From: Halobellus sp.
GTDB lineage: Archaea > Halobacteriota > Halobacteria > Halobacteriales > Haloferacaceae
Assembly (NCBI GenBank): GCA_042215855.1
Contig: JBDGUM010000049.1
Location: forward strand, 1 to 52,305
Direction: 5' to 3'
DNA: 52,305 bases
Part shown: positions 9,927 through 19,798 of the stretch, piece after piece
Layout of the letters: each line of letters opens with the position of its first letter
Position numbering within the stretch: the stretch's first letter is position 1
Notes under the pieces: model-generated
Told to the model about the DNA's origin: nothing
Seen by the model: the letters and a program-made list of their open reading frames with translations, nothing else
The model's database searches: none
Made by a program: the position numbers and the translations under genes

Positions 9927-10931
9927 ATGCGTAGCCGACTCGCCCGCCTGCTCGCGAGCGCCATCGTTCTGACGAGCGTCCTCGCACCTGCGGTCCTCGC
10001 GGGTCCCGCGGCCGCCGATCCGGGCCTCACGGTCGAGTACGAGGGCGACCGGGTGACGGTCGCCAACGGGCCCTCGCAGGTCGTTCGCGGGACGGCCGAC
10101 GCGCCGACCGGCACGGAGGTGCTCGTCCGGGTCCGCTCGACCGGCAACACCTCGCCCGCGTTCATCAAGACCGAGCGGGCGGTCGTGACCGATGACGGCA
10201 CCTGGGCCGTGGCGTTCAACTTCTCCGACATCGAGGCTGGCGGATCCTTCTCGCTGAACGCACGCTTCGAGAACGGCTCCGCCGAAACTGAAGTCGAGGG
10301 CGAGATCGTCGCCTGCGAGGGCGAGTGCACCGACGATCCGCCCGAAGACACCCCGACCCCGATCCCCGAACAGACCGCCACGCCGACCCGGACCGACGGC
10401 GATGACTCCCCGGTCGCCTTCGGGGAGAACGTCTTTCTCGTGAACCGCGGCGGCGTGGCGGCGATCCCCCTCTCCTTTACCGGCGACGCCAACGCGGCCG
10501 TGGTCGTCGTCGGGAACGAGAGCGAGGTCAACTACGAACTCGAGGCCGTCGTCCGCGACGAGGACGGCGACGGCGAGGCGGTGCTCTACGTCGACACCTC
10601 GCTGGCGGGCCGCGGCGGCGAGACGGTCAGCGTCTCCGGCGGCGACACCGTGGGCGTGCGATCGGAGACCGAACTCGACGCGCTGCTCGACCCCGCGAGC
10701 TACGACGTCTCGCTGTACGCCGGACCCGACCGCGGCGGCGACCCGGTCGACGTGGGCAGCCTCGTCGTGCAGGAGCAGTCCCCGTCGACGCCGACCGACA
10801 CGGCGGCCGCCGTCGACGACTCCCCGACGGACGCCCGTAGCGGACTGGGGCCGCTCGCGCTCGGCGGCCTCGTCAGCGGCGCCTTCCTCGTCGGCGGCGC
10901 AGCGCTCGCGGCGGTGCTGATCCGCGGCTGA
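9927..10931 (+). CDS. secreted, C-terminally anchored surface protein
   Basis: Signal peptide, two beta-rich domains separated by a TP-rich linker, C-terminal TM helix. Confidence 0.7.
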   Translation: MRSRLARLLASAIVLTSVLAPAVLAGPAAADPGLTVEYEGDRVTVANGPSQVVRGTADAPTGTEVLVRVRSTGNTSPAFIKTERAVVTDDGTWAVAFNFSDIEAGGSFSLNARFENGSAETEVEGEIVACEGECTDDPPEDTPTPIPEQTATPTRTDGDDSPVAFGENVFLVNRGGVAAIPLSFTGDANAAVVVVGNESEVNYELEAVVRDEDGDGEAVLYVDTSLAGRGGETVSVSGGDTVGVRSETELDALLDPASYDVSLYAGPDRGGDPVDVGSLVVQEQSPSTPTDTAAAVDDSPTDARSGLGPLALGGLVSGAFLVGGAALAAVLIRG

Positions 10932-11091
10932 TACTGATTACTCTCGTCCCGTACCGCCGAGCGCCGTCGACGGGGCTGGCGGTCGGCGGTACACAGTGAG
11001 AGTAGTCGTGATGAGGGCTCGGTAGCGACACCGACCGCTCAGCTGCGACTTCACCGACGAGGACGTCGTCGACGTGAACCTGGACATAGAG

Positions 11092-11278
11092 ACCTCGATC
11101 CGGGCGTCGAGCTCCGTGCGCGGGTCGGTGTCGGGCTCGACCTCGACGCTGCCCTCGTACTGTTCGATGACGTGCTCCAGGAACGACGAGAGGAGGTCGT
11201 GCTTGCCGTCGTAGTGGTAGTGATCACCTGGCGCGAGAGGTCCATCTCGGCCCCGATGTCCCGGATCCGGAGGTCCTC
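11092..11278 (-). pseudogene. TetR/AcrR regulator remnant (frameshifted, truncated at both ends; limits approximate)
   Basis: DLRIRDIGAEMDLSRQVI in one frame continues as (H)YHYDGKHDLLSSFLEHVIEQY in another; one base is missing near 11221 (ATC AC TAC instead of ATC CAC TAC); no start codon. Confidence 0.8.
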
Positions 11279-11298
11279 TCCCGATCGGGTCGAGAGAC

Positions 11299-13443
11299 TC
11301 ACTCCGCGAACTCGACGCCAGTGATCTCGAAACGCGCGCCGCCACGCTCGCCCTCCGTCACCTCGATCGTCCAGTCGTGGGCCTCGACCACCTGCGCGAC
11401 GATGCTCAGCCCGAAGCCGACGCCCTCCGAGGCGGTGGAAAAGCCCGTCTCGAACACCTTCTCGCGACGGTCCGCCGGGATCCCGGGGCCGTCGTCTTCG
11501 ACGTAGAAGCCGTCCTCGAGGTCGCCGACGGTCACGGTGACGTCCTCGCCGCCGTGTTCGACCGCGTTGCGGATCAGGTTCTCCAGGAGTTGCTGGAGCC
11601 GTGACCGGTCCGCGCGGACGACGCGGTCGGTGCGCGCATCGAGGGCGGCCGCGTCGGTCCGGACGTTCCGCCAGCTCCGATCGAGGGCCGCCGCGAGATC
11701 GACCGACGAGCGGTCCGTGACCGGTTGGTTGCTCCGCGCCATCGACAGCAGGTCCTCGATCAGCGTCTGCATCCGGTCGTGGGCGTCGGCGACCCGCTCG
11801 AGGTGGTCGCTGTCGCACTCTCCTATCGCGAGTTCGAGCCGCCCCTCCGCGACGTTGAGGGGATTTCGGAGGTCGTGGCTGACCACGCTCGCGAACTCCT
11901 CGAGCTGCCGCTCCCGCCGCTTCCGGTCCGAGATGTCGCGGCTGACGCTGAGGATCGCGGTCTCGCCCTCGTAGGTGATCAGGCTCGAACTGATCTCGAC
12001 GGGGATCGTCTCGCCGTCCCTGGTCTCCCGGACGGTCTCGAACACCTGGACCCCGTCTTCCGGCATCGTCTCGATGAGCCGAGTGATCTCCTGGGGGTCG
12101 GTCCCCGCGTCGATGTCGTGGGGGCGCATCGAGAGCAACTCCTCGCGGGAGTATCCGGTGCGTTCGACGGCGGCGTCGTTGACCGCGAGGAAGTTCGCGT
12201 CCGTGTCGATGACCCACGCGGCGTCGTTCATCCCGTTGAACAGCTCCTCGTACTCCGCGCGGGCCTGTTCCAGTTCGCGCTCCCGGCGTCGGTACTCCGT
12301 GACGTCGTGGACGGCGCCGCGAACCGTCGAGACCGTGCCGTCGACGGTCTTCGGCTCGCCGTGGATCTGGAGCCAGCGCCGGCCGTCGTCGCTCGCGGTC
12401 CGGGTCTCGACGTCGAAGGGCTCTCCCGACTCGAGCGCCCGCTCGATGGCCCGCTCGACCTCCGGGCGGTCCTCCGCGTGGAGCGCGTCGAGGACCTCCG
12501 ACAGCGACGGGTTCCCGTCGGGACCGATGTCGAGGAGCTCCGAGAGGTGGTCGGTCCAGGACAGCCGCTTCGTCTCGGCGTCGAGCTCCCAGCCGCCGAC
12601 CTCGGCGATGCGTTCGGTCTCGTCCAGCAGGTCCCGGACCCGAACGAGCTCCTGCTCGCGCTCGCGGTGCTCGGTGACGTCGCGCGCGACGGCGACGACG
12701 CCCTCGACCGTGCCGTCGATCGACAGCGGCGTCAGCCGGTACTCCACGATGGCGCGGCCGTGTTCGGGAAAGTCCGCCTCCACCTCTCCCCGGAGCTCGT
12801 CGCGTTCGCCGTCGAGCAGTTCCTGATAGGGATCCCCCTCGGAGTTCGATCGGATGTACGGGACGAGCTCGCTCAGCTCTCCCCTGAGGGCCTCGCGGTT
12901 GGTCCCGTACCAGTCGGCCAGGTACTGATTCACCATCCGAAACCGGCCCTCCTCGTCGTAGATGCACGCGGCCTCGTGCATCGTGTTGATCATCCGCTCG
13001 TAGCTGCGAAGCTCCCGGTTCTGCTCGGTCAGCGCGGCCCGCGAGCGGGAGTCTTCGACCGCGTTCGCGATCCGATTCGCGAGAATTTCGTACTGGTCGT
13101 TCCCCCCTTCCTTCCTGATGTAGTCCGTCACGCCGGCCGAGATGGCCTCGCTCGCGATCGCTTCGGAGCCCTCCCCGGTGAAGAGGACGAACGGCAGGCC
13201 CGGGCGACGCTCGCGCACCGACCTGGGGAGGTCGATCCCGCTTCCCTCCGGCAGGTCGTGCTCGGAGACGACACAGTCGACGGCGTCGGAATCGTCGGCG
13301 AGGGCGTCGAGAGCCGCTCCGGGGGTCCCGACCGGGCGGACGGACAGCCGGTCGTCCGCCCGTTCCAGACGCGTCACCGCAAGGTCAGCGGAATCCCGGT
13401 CGTCGACGTACAGCACCCGGATTTCGTCGGTCCCGGCACCCAT
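11299..13443 (-). CDS. REC-PAS(x3) sensor histidine kinase
   Basis: N-terminal receiver; SHDLRNPL H-box, NLIRNA, DDGPGI and GFGL boxes. Confidence 0.92.
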   Translation of the reverse strand: MGAGTDEIRVLYVDDRDSADLAVTRLERADDRLSVRPVGTPGAALDALADDSDAVDCVVSEHDLPEGSGIDLPRSVRERRPGLPFVLFTGEGSEAIASEAISAGVTDYIRKEGGNDQYEILANRIANAVEDSRSRAALTEQNRELRSYERMINTMHEAACIYDEEGRFRMVNQYLADWYGTNREALRGELSELVPYIRSNSEGDPYQELLDGERDELRGEVEADFPEHGRAIVEYRLTPLSIDGTVEGVVAVARDVTEHREREQELVRVRDLLDETERIAEVGGWELDAETKRLSWTDHLSELLDIGPDGNPSLSEVLDALHAEDRPEVERAIERALESGEPFDVETRTASDDGRRWLQIHGEPKTVDGTVSTVRGAVHDVTEYRRRERELEQARAEYEELFNGMNDAAWVIDTDANFLAVNDAAVERTGYSREELLSMRPHDIDAGTDPQEITRLIETMPEDGVQVFETVRETRDGETIPVEISSSLITYEGETAILSVSRDISDRKRRERQLEEFASVVSHDLRNPLNVAEGRLELAIGECDSDHLERVADAHDRMQTLIEDLLSMARSNQPVTDRSSVDLAAALDRSWRNVRTDAAALDARTDRVVRADRSRLQQLLENLIRNAVEHGGEDVTVTVGDLEDGFYVEDDGPGIPADRREKVFETGFSTASEGVGFGLSIVAQVVEAHDWTIEVTEGERGGARFEITGVEFAE

Positions 13444-13530
13444 CGTGTATCACGGTAGGACGTCGAGCGGACCGGCAATAAAACGTCCGGGCGCCCGGGT
13501 GCGCGGCCCGTAGTCAGTACGGGACCGGTG

Positions 13531-14352
13531 TCATCCGCCCGTACGGTGGTAGCTCAGGCGGTTGCGGAGGCGGCGCAGGCTGAAGTCGAGCACGTAGCCG
13601 ATCGTGCCGATGATCAGTATCGCCGCGACGACCTGTGCGTACGCGAAGCGATCCCGGGCGTCGAGCAGGAAGTATCCGAGGCCGGCGCTCACCCCGATCA
13701 TTTCGGCGGGCACCAGGATGATCCACGCGATACCCAGCGCGAGTCGGACGCCGGTGAGAACGTCCGGAATCACGGCCGGAAGAAGGACGCGGGTGAGGAG
13801 TGCCCGCCGATCGCCGCCGAGGGTACGACCCACCTTCAGCCAGTCGTCGTTCATCGTCTCGACCCCGTAGGCGGTATTGAACACCACCGGCCAGACTCCG
13901 GCCATCGTGATCACGAAGATCGCGGGCGGCGAACCCGTCCCGAGGAAGGCGATCGCGATCGGGAACCAGGCGATCGGAGACGTAACGCGCAGGAACTGGA
14001 AGACGATCGTGGTCAGTCTCTCCGCCGGATCGAGAGCGCCTATCGCGAGTCCTATGGGGAGTCCGAGGCCGACACAGAGGCTGATGGCGACGCCGAAGCG
14101 GTAGAGACTGGTCGCAACGTGCTGCGTGTAGAACCGGGGACGCGTCAGTAGTTCCACGAGCGCTGCCGCCACCCTCGATGGCGCCATCATCCGGATGATC
14201 GTCCCGCCCGTGAAGTTCGTGAGGAGGAACCACAGGGAGACAGCCAGTACGACTCCCGCGACCGGGAGCGTTCGGTCCACTATCGATTCTCTGACGGCCG
14301 TGTCCGTGACGGTTGCTCGGGGATCAAATATCGATTCGTTCTTCTCGCTCAT
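13531..14352 (-). CDS. ABC transporter permease (nitrate/sulfonate/NitT-TauT family)
   Basis: SPIAWFP, EAA-like loop, LVPAEMIG...GLGY. Confidence 0.9.
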   Translation of the reverse strand: MSEKNESIFDPRATVTDTAVRESIVDRTLPVAGVVLAVSLWFLLTNFTGGTIIRMMAPSRVAAALVELLTRPRFYTQHVATSLYRFGVAISLCVGLGLPIGLAIGALDPAERLTTIVFQFLRVTSPIAWFPIAIAFLGTGSPPAIFVITMAGVWPVVFNTAYGVETMNDDWLKVGRTLGGDRRALLTRVLLPAVIPDVLTGVRLALGIAWIILVPAEMIGVSAGLGYFLLDARDRFAYAQVVAAILIIGTIGYVLDFSLRRLRNRLSYHRTGG

Positions 14353-15514
14353 AGGCACGTGATTGCGGGATGTCGAACGCCGAGGGGCCGCCGAACGCTC
14401 CGATGGCGTCCCTGACGAACCGGGGATCGACGACCTCCTCCGCGACGGTCTGGGGCGATACCTCATCGAGGAAGTCGGTCTTCCCGACGAGTTTCGTCTG
14501 CTGAGTCTGTTCGTATAGCGCCTTCGTGTACGACGGGTAGGGGTAGCCGTAGAAGCCGACGCGTTCGGCGTTCCAGTCGGGGTGTTTGATCGCATCCGGA
14601 TACGCGTCGGGATCGTAGAGGTTCAGCGACCGGTCGATAACGCTCCGGCTGTACGGGAGCAGCCCCGATCCCTCCTTCGAGAGCACCTGTGCGGCTTCGG
14701 CACGGTGGTCGCCGATCCATCGCTGGGCCCGCACGACGGCACGCGTGAGCGAGCGCGTCCAGTCCGGTCTGTTCCGCACCGCCGGCTCTGCGACCGTCAG
14801 GACGCAGTCGCCGTGTCGGAACCAGATGTCCGCGGTGAACCGGTGGATCTTGGCGTCGGTCTTGATCTCGGCGAGCGCGTTGAACGGCTCCGCGACGATG
14901 TATCCCTTGATCTCGCCGCGACTGAGCGCGGGCGGCATCGACGGCGGGGCCAGGTCTATCAGCGCCACCTGATCGTCCGACACCGCCTCCCTATGGAGCA
15001 CCGGTTCGAGCCCCTTCTGACGCAGCACCATCTGCAGGATGACGTTGTGCGTCGAGTACCAGTACGGCACGGCCATCCGGGCGCCACGGAGGTCGTCCCA
15101 ACTGTCGACGTCGCTGGCGACCGTGATGGCCGATCCGTTGGTGTGGTCCCACCCGAGCACCGTTGCCGGATAGCCGAGACCGTAACGCATCCAGTACGTC
15201 ATCGGAAAGAGGAAGTGCCCGGCGTTGACGTCACCGGACTGGAAGGCCGAGGCGAGTGTGGACCAGCCGCGGTAGAGCGTTGGTTCCTCCGTCGTCAGTC
15301 CCTCCTCCTCGAAGAACCCCTTCGCGGAGGCGACGAGAAGCGGGGCCGCATCCGTGATCGGGATGTAGCCGATCTTCAGCGGCTTGCTACGCCCGCCGCC
15401 GAGGCAGCCGGCTGCCGTGCCGAGAGCGATGGTCCCGCTCGCACGGAGGAAGTCACGTCGGTCGACGCGCTGGGATCGGTCCGCGGAGGCGTCCGGTTCA
15501 GACTCACGTTCCAT
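14324..15514 (-). CDS. ABC substrate-binding lipoprotein (NrtA/CmpA-like)
   Basis: RRDFL...AGC Tat lipobox; IGYIPITDAAPL, NGSA, STHN, VAEPF. Confidence 0.88.
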   Translation of the reverse strand: MERESEPDASADRSQRVDRRDFLRASGTIALGTAAGCLGGGRSKPLKIGYIPITDAAPLLVASAKGFFEEEGLTTEEPTLYRGWSTLASAFQSGDVNAGHFLFPMTYWMRYGLGYPATVLGWDHTNGSAITVASDVDSWDDLRGARMAVPYWYSTHNVILQMVLRQKGLEPVLHREAVSDDQVALIDLAPPSMPPALSRGEIKGYIVAEPFNALAEIKTDAKIHRFTADIWFRHGDCVLTVAEPAVRNRPDWTRSLTRAVVRAQRWIGDHRAEAAQVLSKEGSGLLPYSRSVIDRSLNLYDPDAYPDAIKHPDWNAERVGFYGYPYPSYTKALYEQTQQTKLVGKTDFLDEVSPQTVAEEVVDPRFVRDAIGAFGGPSAFDIPQSRAYEREERIDI

Positions 15515-16307
15515 CGGTGGGATCGGATTCGAGTAGATCGAGCACGGTCGCGCGTTTCTCGACGAACCGGTCGTTCGCACGATCGCGGTCGTCGAGATCG
15601 ATACGTTCGATGCCCTTGATTCGAGTCGGGCGATCGCTCAGGACGGCGACGCGGTCACCCAGGTAGACGGCTTCCTCGATGTCGTGAGTGACGTATATCG
15701 CCGTGAGATCCAGCTCGTCGACGATCCGGCCGAGTTCGTCCTGCAGCTCGCGCTTCGTGATGGCGTCGAGCGCCGCGGTCGGTTCGTCGAGCAGCAACAG
15801 GTCCGGGTCGTTCGCGAGCGTTCGCGCGAGCGAGACGCGCTGTTTCATTCCCCCGGACAATTCGTCGGGATAGCTGTCCTCGAAGCCGTCGAGACCGATC
15901 AGGTCGATCAGCCGTTCCGTTCGATCGGGGCTGATCGCCGTATCGCGGAGTTCGGGACCGAGTTCGATGTTCTCCCGAACGGTGCGCCAGGGGAACAAAA
16001 GCGGCTCCTGGAAGACGACGCCCCGGCGGTAGTCCGCACCGGTCACGGGCTCGCCGTCGAAGAGCACGCTCCCGTCGTCGGGCTCTTCGAGCCCGGCGAG
16101 CAGGTGGAGGAGCGTCGTCTTCCCGCACCCGCTCGGTCCCACGATACAGAACACTTCCCCGGGCTGGACGTCGAAATCGAGCCCCTGGAAGACCGCGGTC
16201 TCGTCGTAGGACTTCCGGAGGTTCTGGACCCGTACCCGCGGGTCACCGGACCCGTCGTCCGTCTCGCCGGGCGGGTGTTCGAGCGACGCCGTCGTCTCGG
16301 GAGTCAT
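15504..16307 (-). CDS. ABC transporter ATP-binding protein
   Basis: GPSGCGKTT, LSGGMKQR, LLLDEP, VTHD; ATG at 16307 overlaps the upstream TAA. Confidence 0.93.
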   Translation of the reverse strand: MTPETTASLEHPPGETDDGSGDPRVRVQNLRKSYDETAVFQGLDFDVQPGEVFCIVGPSGCGKTTLLHLLAGLEEPDDGSVLFDGEPVTGADYRRGVVFQEPLLFPWRTVRENIELGPELRDTAISPDRTERLIDLIGLDGFEDSYPDELSGGMKQRVSLARTLANDPDLLLLDEPTAALDAITKRELQDELGRIVDELDLTAIYVTHDIEEAVYLGDRVAVLSDRPTRIKGIERIDLDDRDRANDRFVEKRATVLDLLESDPTDGT

Positions 16308-17221
16308 TAGTCGTCGGTCTCCGAGGCGGCCTCCACGACGTCGTCGGTGGTTTCGATCTCGGCGCCGTCCTCGACGAACCCGCGCTCGCGCATCCACTCG
16401 GCGGTGTTTTCGATGCGCTTGGAGTCGGGTCCGCGGACGGGGAGGAAGTTCCGGAGCTCGAAGTCCTCCCGCAGGCGGTCGAAGTCGACGTCCGCGAACG
16501 CCTCGGGGTTCTCTTCGGCGGCCGCCTCGAGCTTGTCGACGTAGCGGTCGCGGTACTTCTCGAGGTCCTCGTTGATGTCCTCGACGGCCCAGTTCAGCGC
16601 CTGTCGGAAGCGCGCCGCGGTCTCGGGGTCGACGTCCTCGCCGGTGGTGATCGCCGCGCGGCAGGGCCCGACGTAGACCTCCTGGAGCTCCTCGTCGTAG
16701 CGACCGAGCGTGACGTACGGTTCGAGGACGCCGATGGCGTCGACCTCGCCCTGCTTGACGGCGTCGAAGCGCTCCTCGGCGGAGCCGACGTGTTCGAGCT
16801 CGATCTCGTCGTCGTCGAAGCCCTCGTTCTCGAGGATCTCGGGCAGCGAGTAGAACGAGGTCGCGTACTTGTTGATCCCGATCGGGCGGCCCCGCAGGTC
16901 GTCGATGGTCTCGATGTCCGAGTCCGCCGCGGCGAAGATGACGCGATCCCACTCGCTGTAGGACCCGATGATCTCGCGGTCGGTCTCGGCGGCCTCGTCG
17001 ATCGCGTTCCACTCGCAGACGCCGTGGGTCTGGCCCTGTTCGTCGAGGTCCTCCCACCAGTCGGTCTCGAACGCGTTCTCGCCGTCGAAGTCCTGCGTCC
17101 CCGGCGCGAAGTACGAGAGGTCCGGGTCGACGCCGGCCTCCTCGAAGTAGCCGTTCTCCTCTGCGACGTCCTGGACGAGCTCCCAGGTGAAGTACTCGTG
17201 AGCGACGTTGAGGTCGGCCAT
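16307..17221 (-). CDS. SsuA/THI5-like binding-protein fold, no signal peptide
   Basis: ENGYFEEAGVD, IETIDDLRGRPIG, GEVDAIGVLEPY; no RR motif or hydrophobic N-terminus. Confidence 0.7.
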   Translation of the reverse strand: MADLNVAHEYFTWELVQDVAEENGYFEEAGVDPDLSYFAPGTQDFDGENAFETDWWEDLDEQGQTHGVCEWNAIDEAAETDREIIGSYSEWDRVIFAAADSDIETIDDLRGRPIGINKYATSFYSLPEILENEGFDDDEIELEHVGSAEERFDAVKQGEVDAIGVLEPYVTLGRYDEELQEVYVGPCRAAITTGEDVDPETAARFRQALNWAVEDINEDLEKYRDRYVDKLEAAAEENPEAFADVDFDRLREDFELRNFLPVRGPDSKRIENTAEWMRERGFVEDGAEIETTDDVVEAASETDD

Positions 17222-18010
17222 TGCATGTTCAGGTATGTCGCAACCGGAATAAGCCGCCCTGAAATCACAAGCATCACAGGGATCTGAGACCGCCGGCGCA
17301 ACGAACGCGGTGCTCGAAGAGTGAGAATTTTTATCGTCTCGCGATACTTCCCAAATCCGTTAGCTGTTCCAGGAGTAATACACACGCGTTTGGTCTGTAC
17401 CGGCGAAACACCAAACACCGGGGCGAGGTGACCCGGATCCGATCTACGTGCAACACTTGCAGATTTCTACGACAGCGACCGTGATCGCCGTCGCCGTTCG
17501 CGGTGATTCCCGAGTGGCGACGGGAGTGATGACTATACCTGGGGGTCGGTCCGGCCTCGCTCGCCGGGGATCGTCCCGTGATGGTCCCGTCCGAGAAAGG
17601 CGTCGTCGCGGCGGTCAGATTCCATCGAGACCGAGTTATATTTTATCTGAGTACAATTGATTAATTATATTATTTTTATTATTTATTTGCTGTCGTTCGT
17701 ATAGAGCGTAATTTAACGTATACTTTCTCTTGTAGTTCTATCGAATACAAGGATATCATATATGTATACGGCGGCACCTCCTGTCGACGTGTTCGGACGT
17801 CACGCTGATACTGTCGGACAGAACGATGTGAGTCTCATCGGTACCACGGGGTGCCGAGATGGTTCACGGACGTCTGTCCGACAGTATGACGAGAGACAGT
17901 ATGAGGTGGCGATATCGAAGTTGGTCCCGCCAGCGACGGAGAATCCCGGCGATACGGACTCTGTCAAGCTTTCTCAAGTTATAAGATAGATGAACGCGAC
18001 AGTTTCGGAT

Positions 18011-19594
18011 ATGCACCACAGTTCGACGGTCGAGGTGCCGGCAGTGAAGGATCTCTCCCGGATCGCCGCCGAGAACAACCCCGACAAGGTCGCGTTCGGC
18101 AACGGCGTCGACGGTGAGACGATGACGTGGCGGGAGTTCGACGAGCGGAGCAATCAGGCCGCGAACGCGTTCAAGCAGTACGTCGGCCAGGGAGACCGCG
18201 TCGCGCTGCTCTGTGAGAACTCGATGGAGCACACCGTGCTCTGGAACGGCGGGCTGAAGGCGGGCTGTACGGTCTCGAACCTTCACATTCGGGCGTCGGC
18301 GAACACCCTCCAGCACTGCATCGACTCCCTGCGGCCGAAGGTCCTCGTGGTCGACGAGGAGACATCCGAGATGTACGAGGAGCGCCTGAAGGACAAGATC
18401 ACCACGGACGTCGACGTCGTCGTCAACACCGGATCGGCGATGACGGACTACGAGGTGGGGATGGATCCGTTCCTCGACGGGCATTCGAGGGCCGAACCGG
18501 ACGTGCGCGTACGCGAGGAGGACACGGCGGTCGTGATGTGGACCTCTGGCACCACGGGCGAGCCCAAGGGCTGGTGTCACACGAACCGCGGGCTCTACTT
18601 CCGCGCCAACGCCCTGGTCAGCGTCTACGAACTCAACCGTCCCGCGCGGCAGCCGCACGTCTTCACGCCCTCGTTCGCGGCCTGGTACTCGGTGGTGTTG
18701 CCGGCGCTCGTCTCGGGTGCGACCACCTACTTCCTCCGGTCGTGGGACCCCGAGGACTACCTGGAGATGATCCAGGAGCACGACCTCACCTCCGCGCTGC
18801 TGGTGCCGACGATGTGGCGAGAGATCCTCAACCTCGAGAACTTCGACGACTACGACCTGAGTTCCCTCACCGCCATTATGTCCGCCGGCGAGGTCCTGGA
18901 CGCGACGACGCTCCGCCGGCTCCGGGAGAACATCTGCGACGTCGTCAAGAACTCCTACGCCGCGACCGAGGCGTACGCGACCGTGATGGAGAACGCCGAG
19001 CTCACCGAGGAGCGCGTCGAGAGCGTCGGCAAGCCCGTCCCCGGCGTCGAGATCCGGATCGTCGACGAGGACGGCACCTACAGGGACGTGAAGCCGACCG
19101 GCGAGGTCGGCGAGATCGTCGTTCGCGCGCCCGACTGCCCCGTCTGGGCGTGGGAACGCACCGACAAGACCGAGGACGTCTTCGAGGACGGCTGGTGGTA
19201 CTCCGGCGACCTCGGCTACCGCGACGAGGACGGATTCATCTACCTGGAGGGCCGCACCGACCTCATGATCATGTCCAAGGGGATCAAGGTGTACCCCTCG
19301 CCGATCGAAGAGCGACTCAACGCCCATCCCGGCGTCAACGAGTCCGCCGTCGTGGGCGTCGAAGACGAGGAATACGGTGAAAAGGTGACCGCCTACGTCT
19401 ACCGGGACGATCCCGACCTGACGGCCGAGGAACTCGACGAGTGGTGCCTGGAGAGCGACGACCTCGCACGGATGGAGCGCCCCCGCGAGTACCACTTCGT
19501 GGACGAGTCGCTGCCGCGGACCTCCACGGGGAAGCTCGATCGGCTGAGCGCCAAGAACGAGAACCTCGACGTGACGACCGAGGACGTCGAATAG
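18011..19594 (+). CDS. AMP-forming acyl/aryl-CoA ligase
   Basis: WTSGTTGEPKG, SGDLG, GRTD, PRTSTGK. Confidence 0.9.
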   Translation: MHHSSTVEVPAVKDLSRIAAENNPDKVAFGNGVDGETMTWREFDERSNQAANAFKQYVGQGDRVALLCENSMEHTVLWNGGLKAGCTVSNLHIRASANTLQHCIDSLRPKVLVVDEETSEMYEERLKDKITTDVDVVVNTGSAMTDYEVGMDPFLDGHSRAEPDVRVREEDTAVVMWTSGTTGEPKGWCHTNRGLYFRANALVSVYELNRPARQPHVFTPSFAAWYSVVLPALVSGATTYFLRSWDPEDYLEMIQEHDLTSALLVPTMWREILNLENFDDYDLSSLTAIMSAGEVLDATTLRRLRENICDVVKNSYAATEAYATVMENAELTEERVESVGKPVPGVEIRIVDEDGTYRDVKPTGEVGEIVVRAPDCPVWAWERTDKTEDVFEDGWWYSGDLGYRDEDGFIYLEGRTDLMIMSKGIKVYPSPIEERLNAHPGVNESAVVGVEDEEYGEKVTAYVYRDDPDLTAEELDEWCLESDDLARMERPREYHFVDESLPRTSTGKLDRLSAKNENLDVTTEDVE

Positions 19595-19798
19595 GTCGCC
19601 CCGCCGCCCACATTCGGTTTCCGTTTCGTCCGTTCGCCGGAACGCCGGTCGGTTCTCGAAACCGTGTGTATCGTTCGCGTTACTCTTGCAGACACGTCAG
19701 GGACAAATTTATATAATATACCAGAAATTTGAATTCAGTCGGGCATACTACCTAAATCTTAAGTAGGATACGTTACTCCACTAAGGTGGAATACCACA

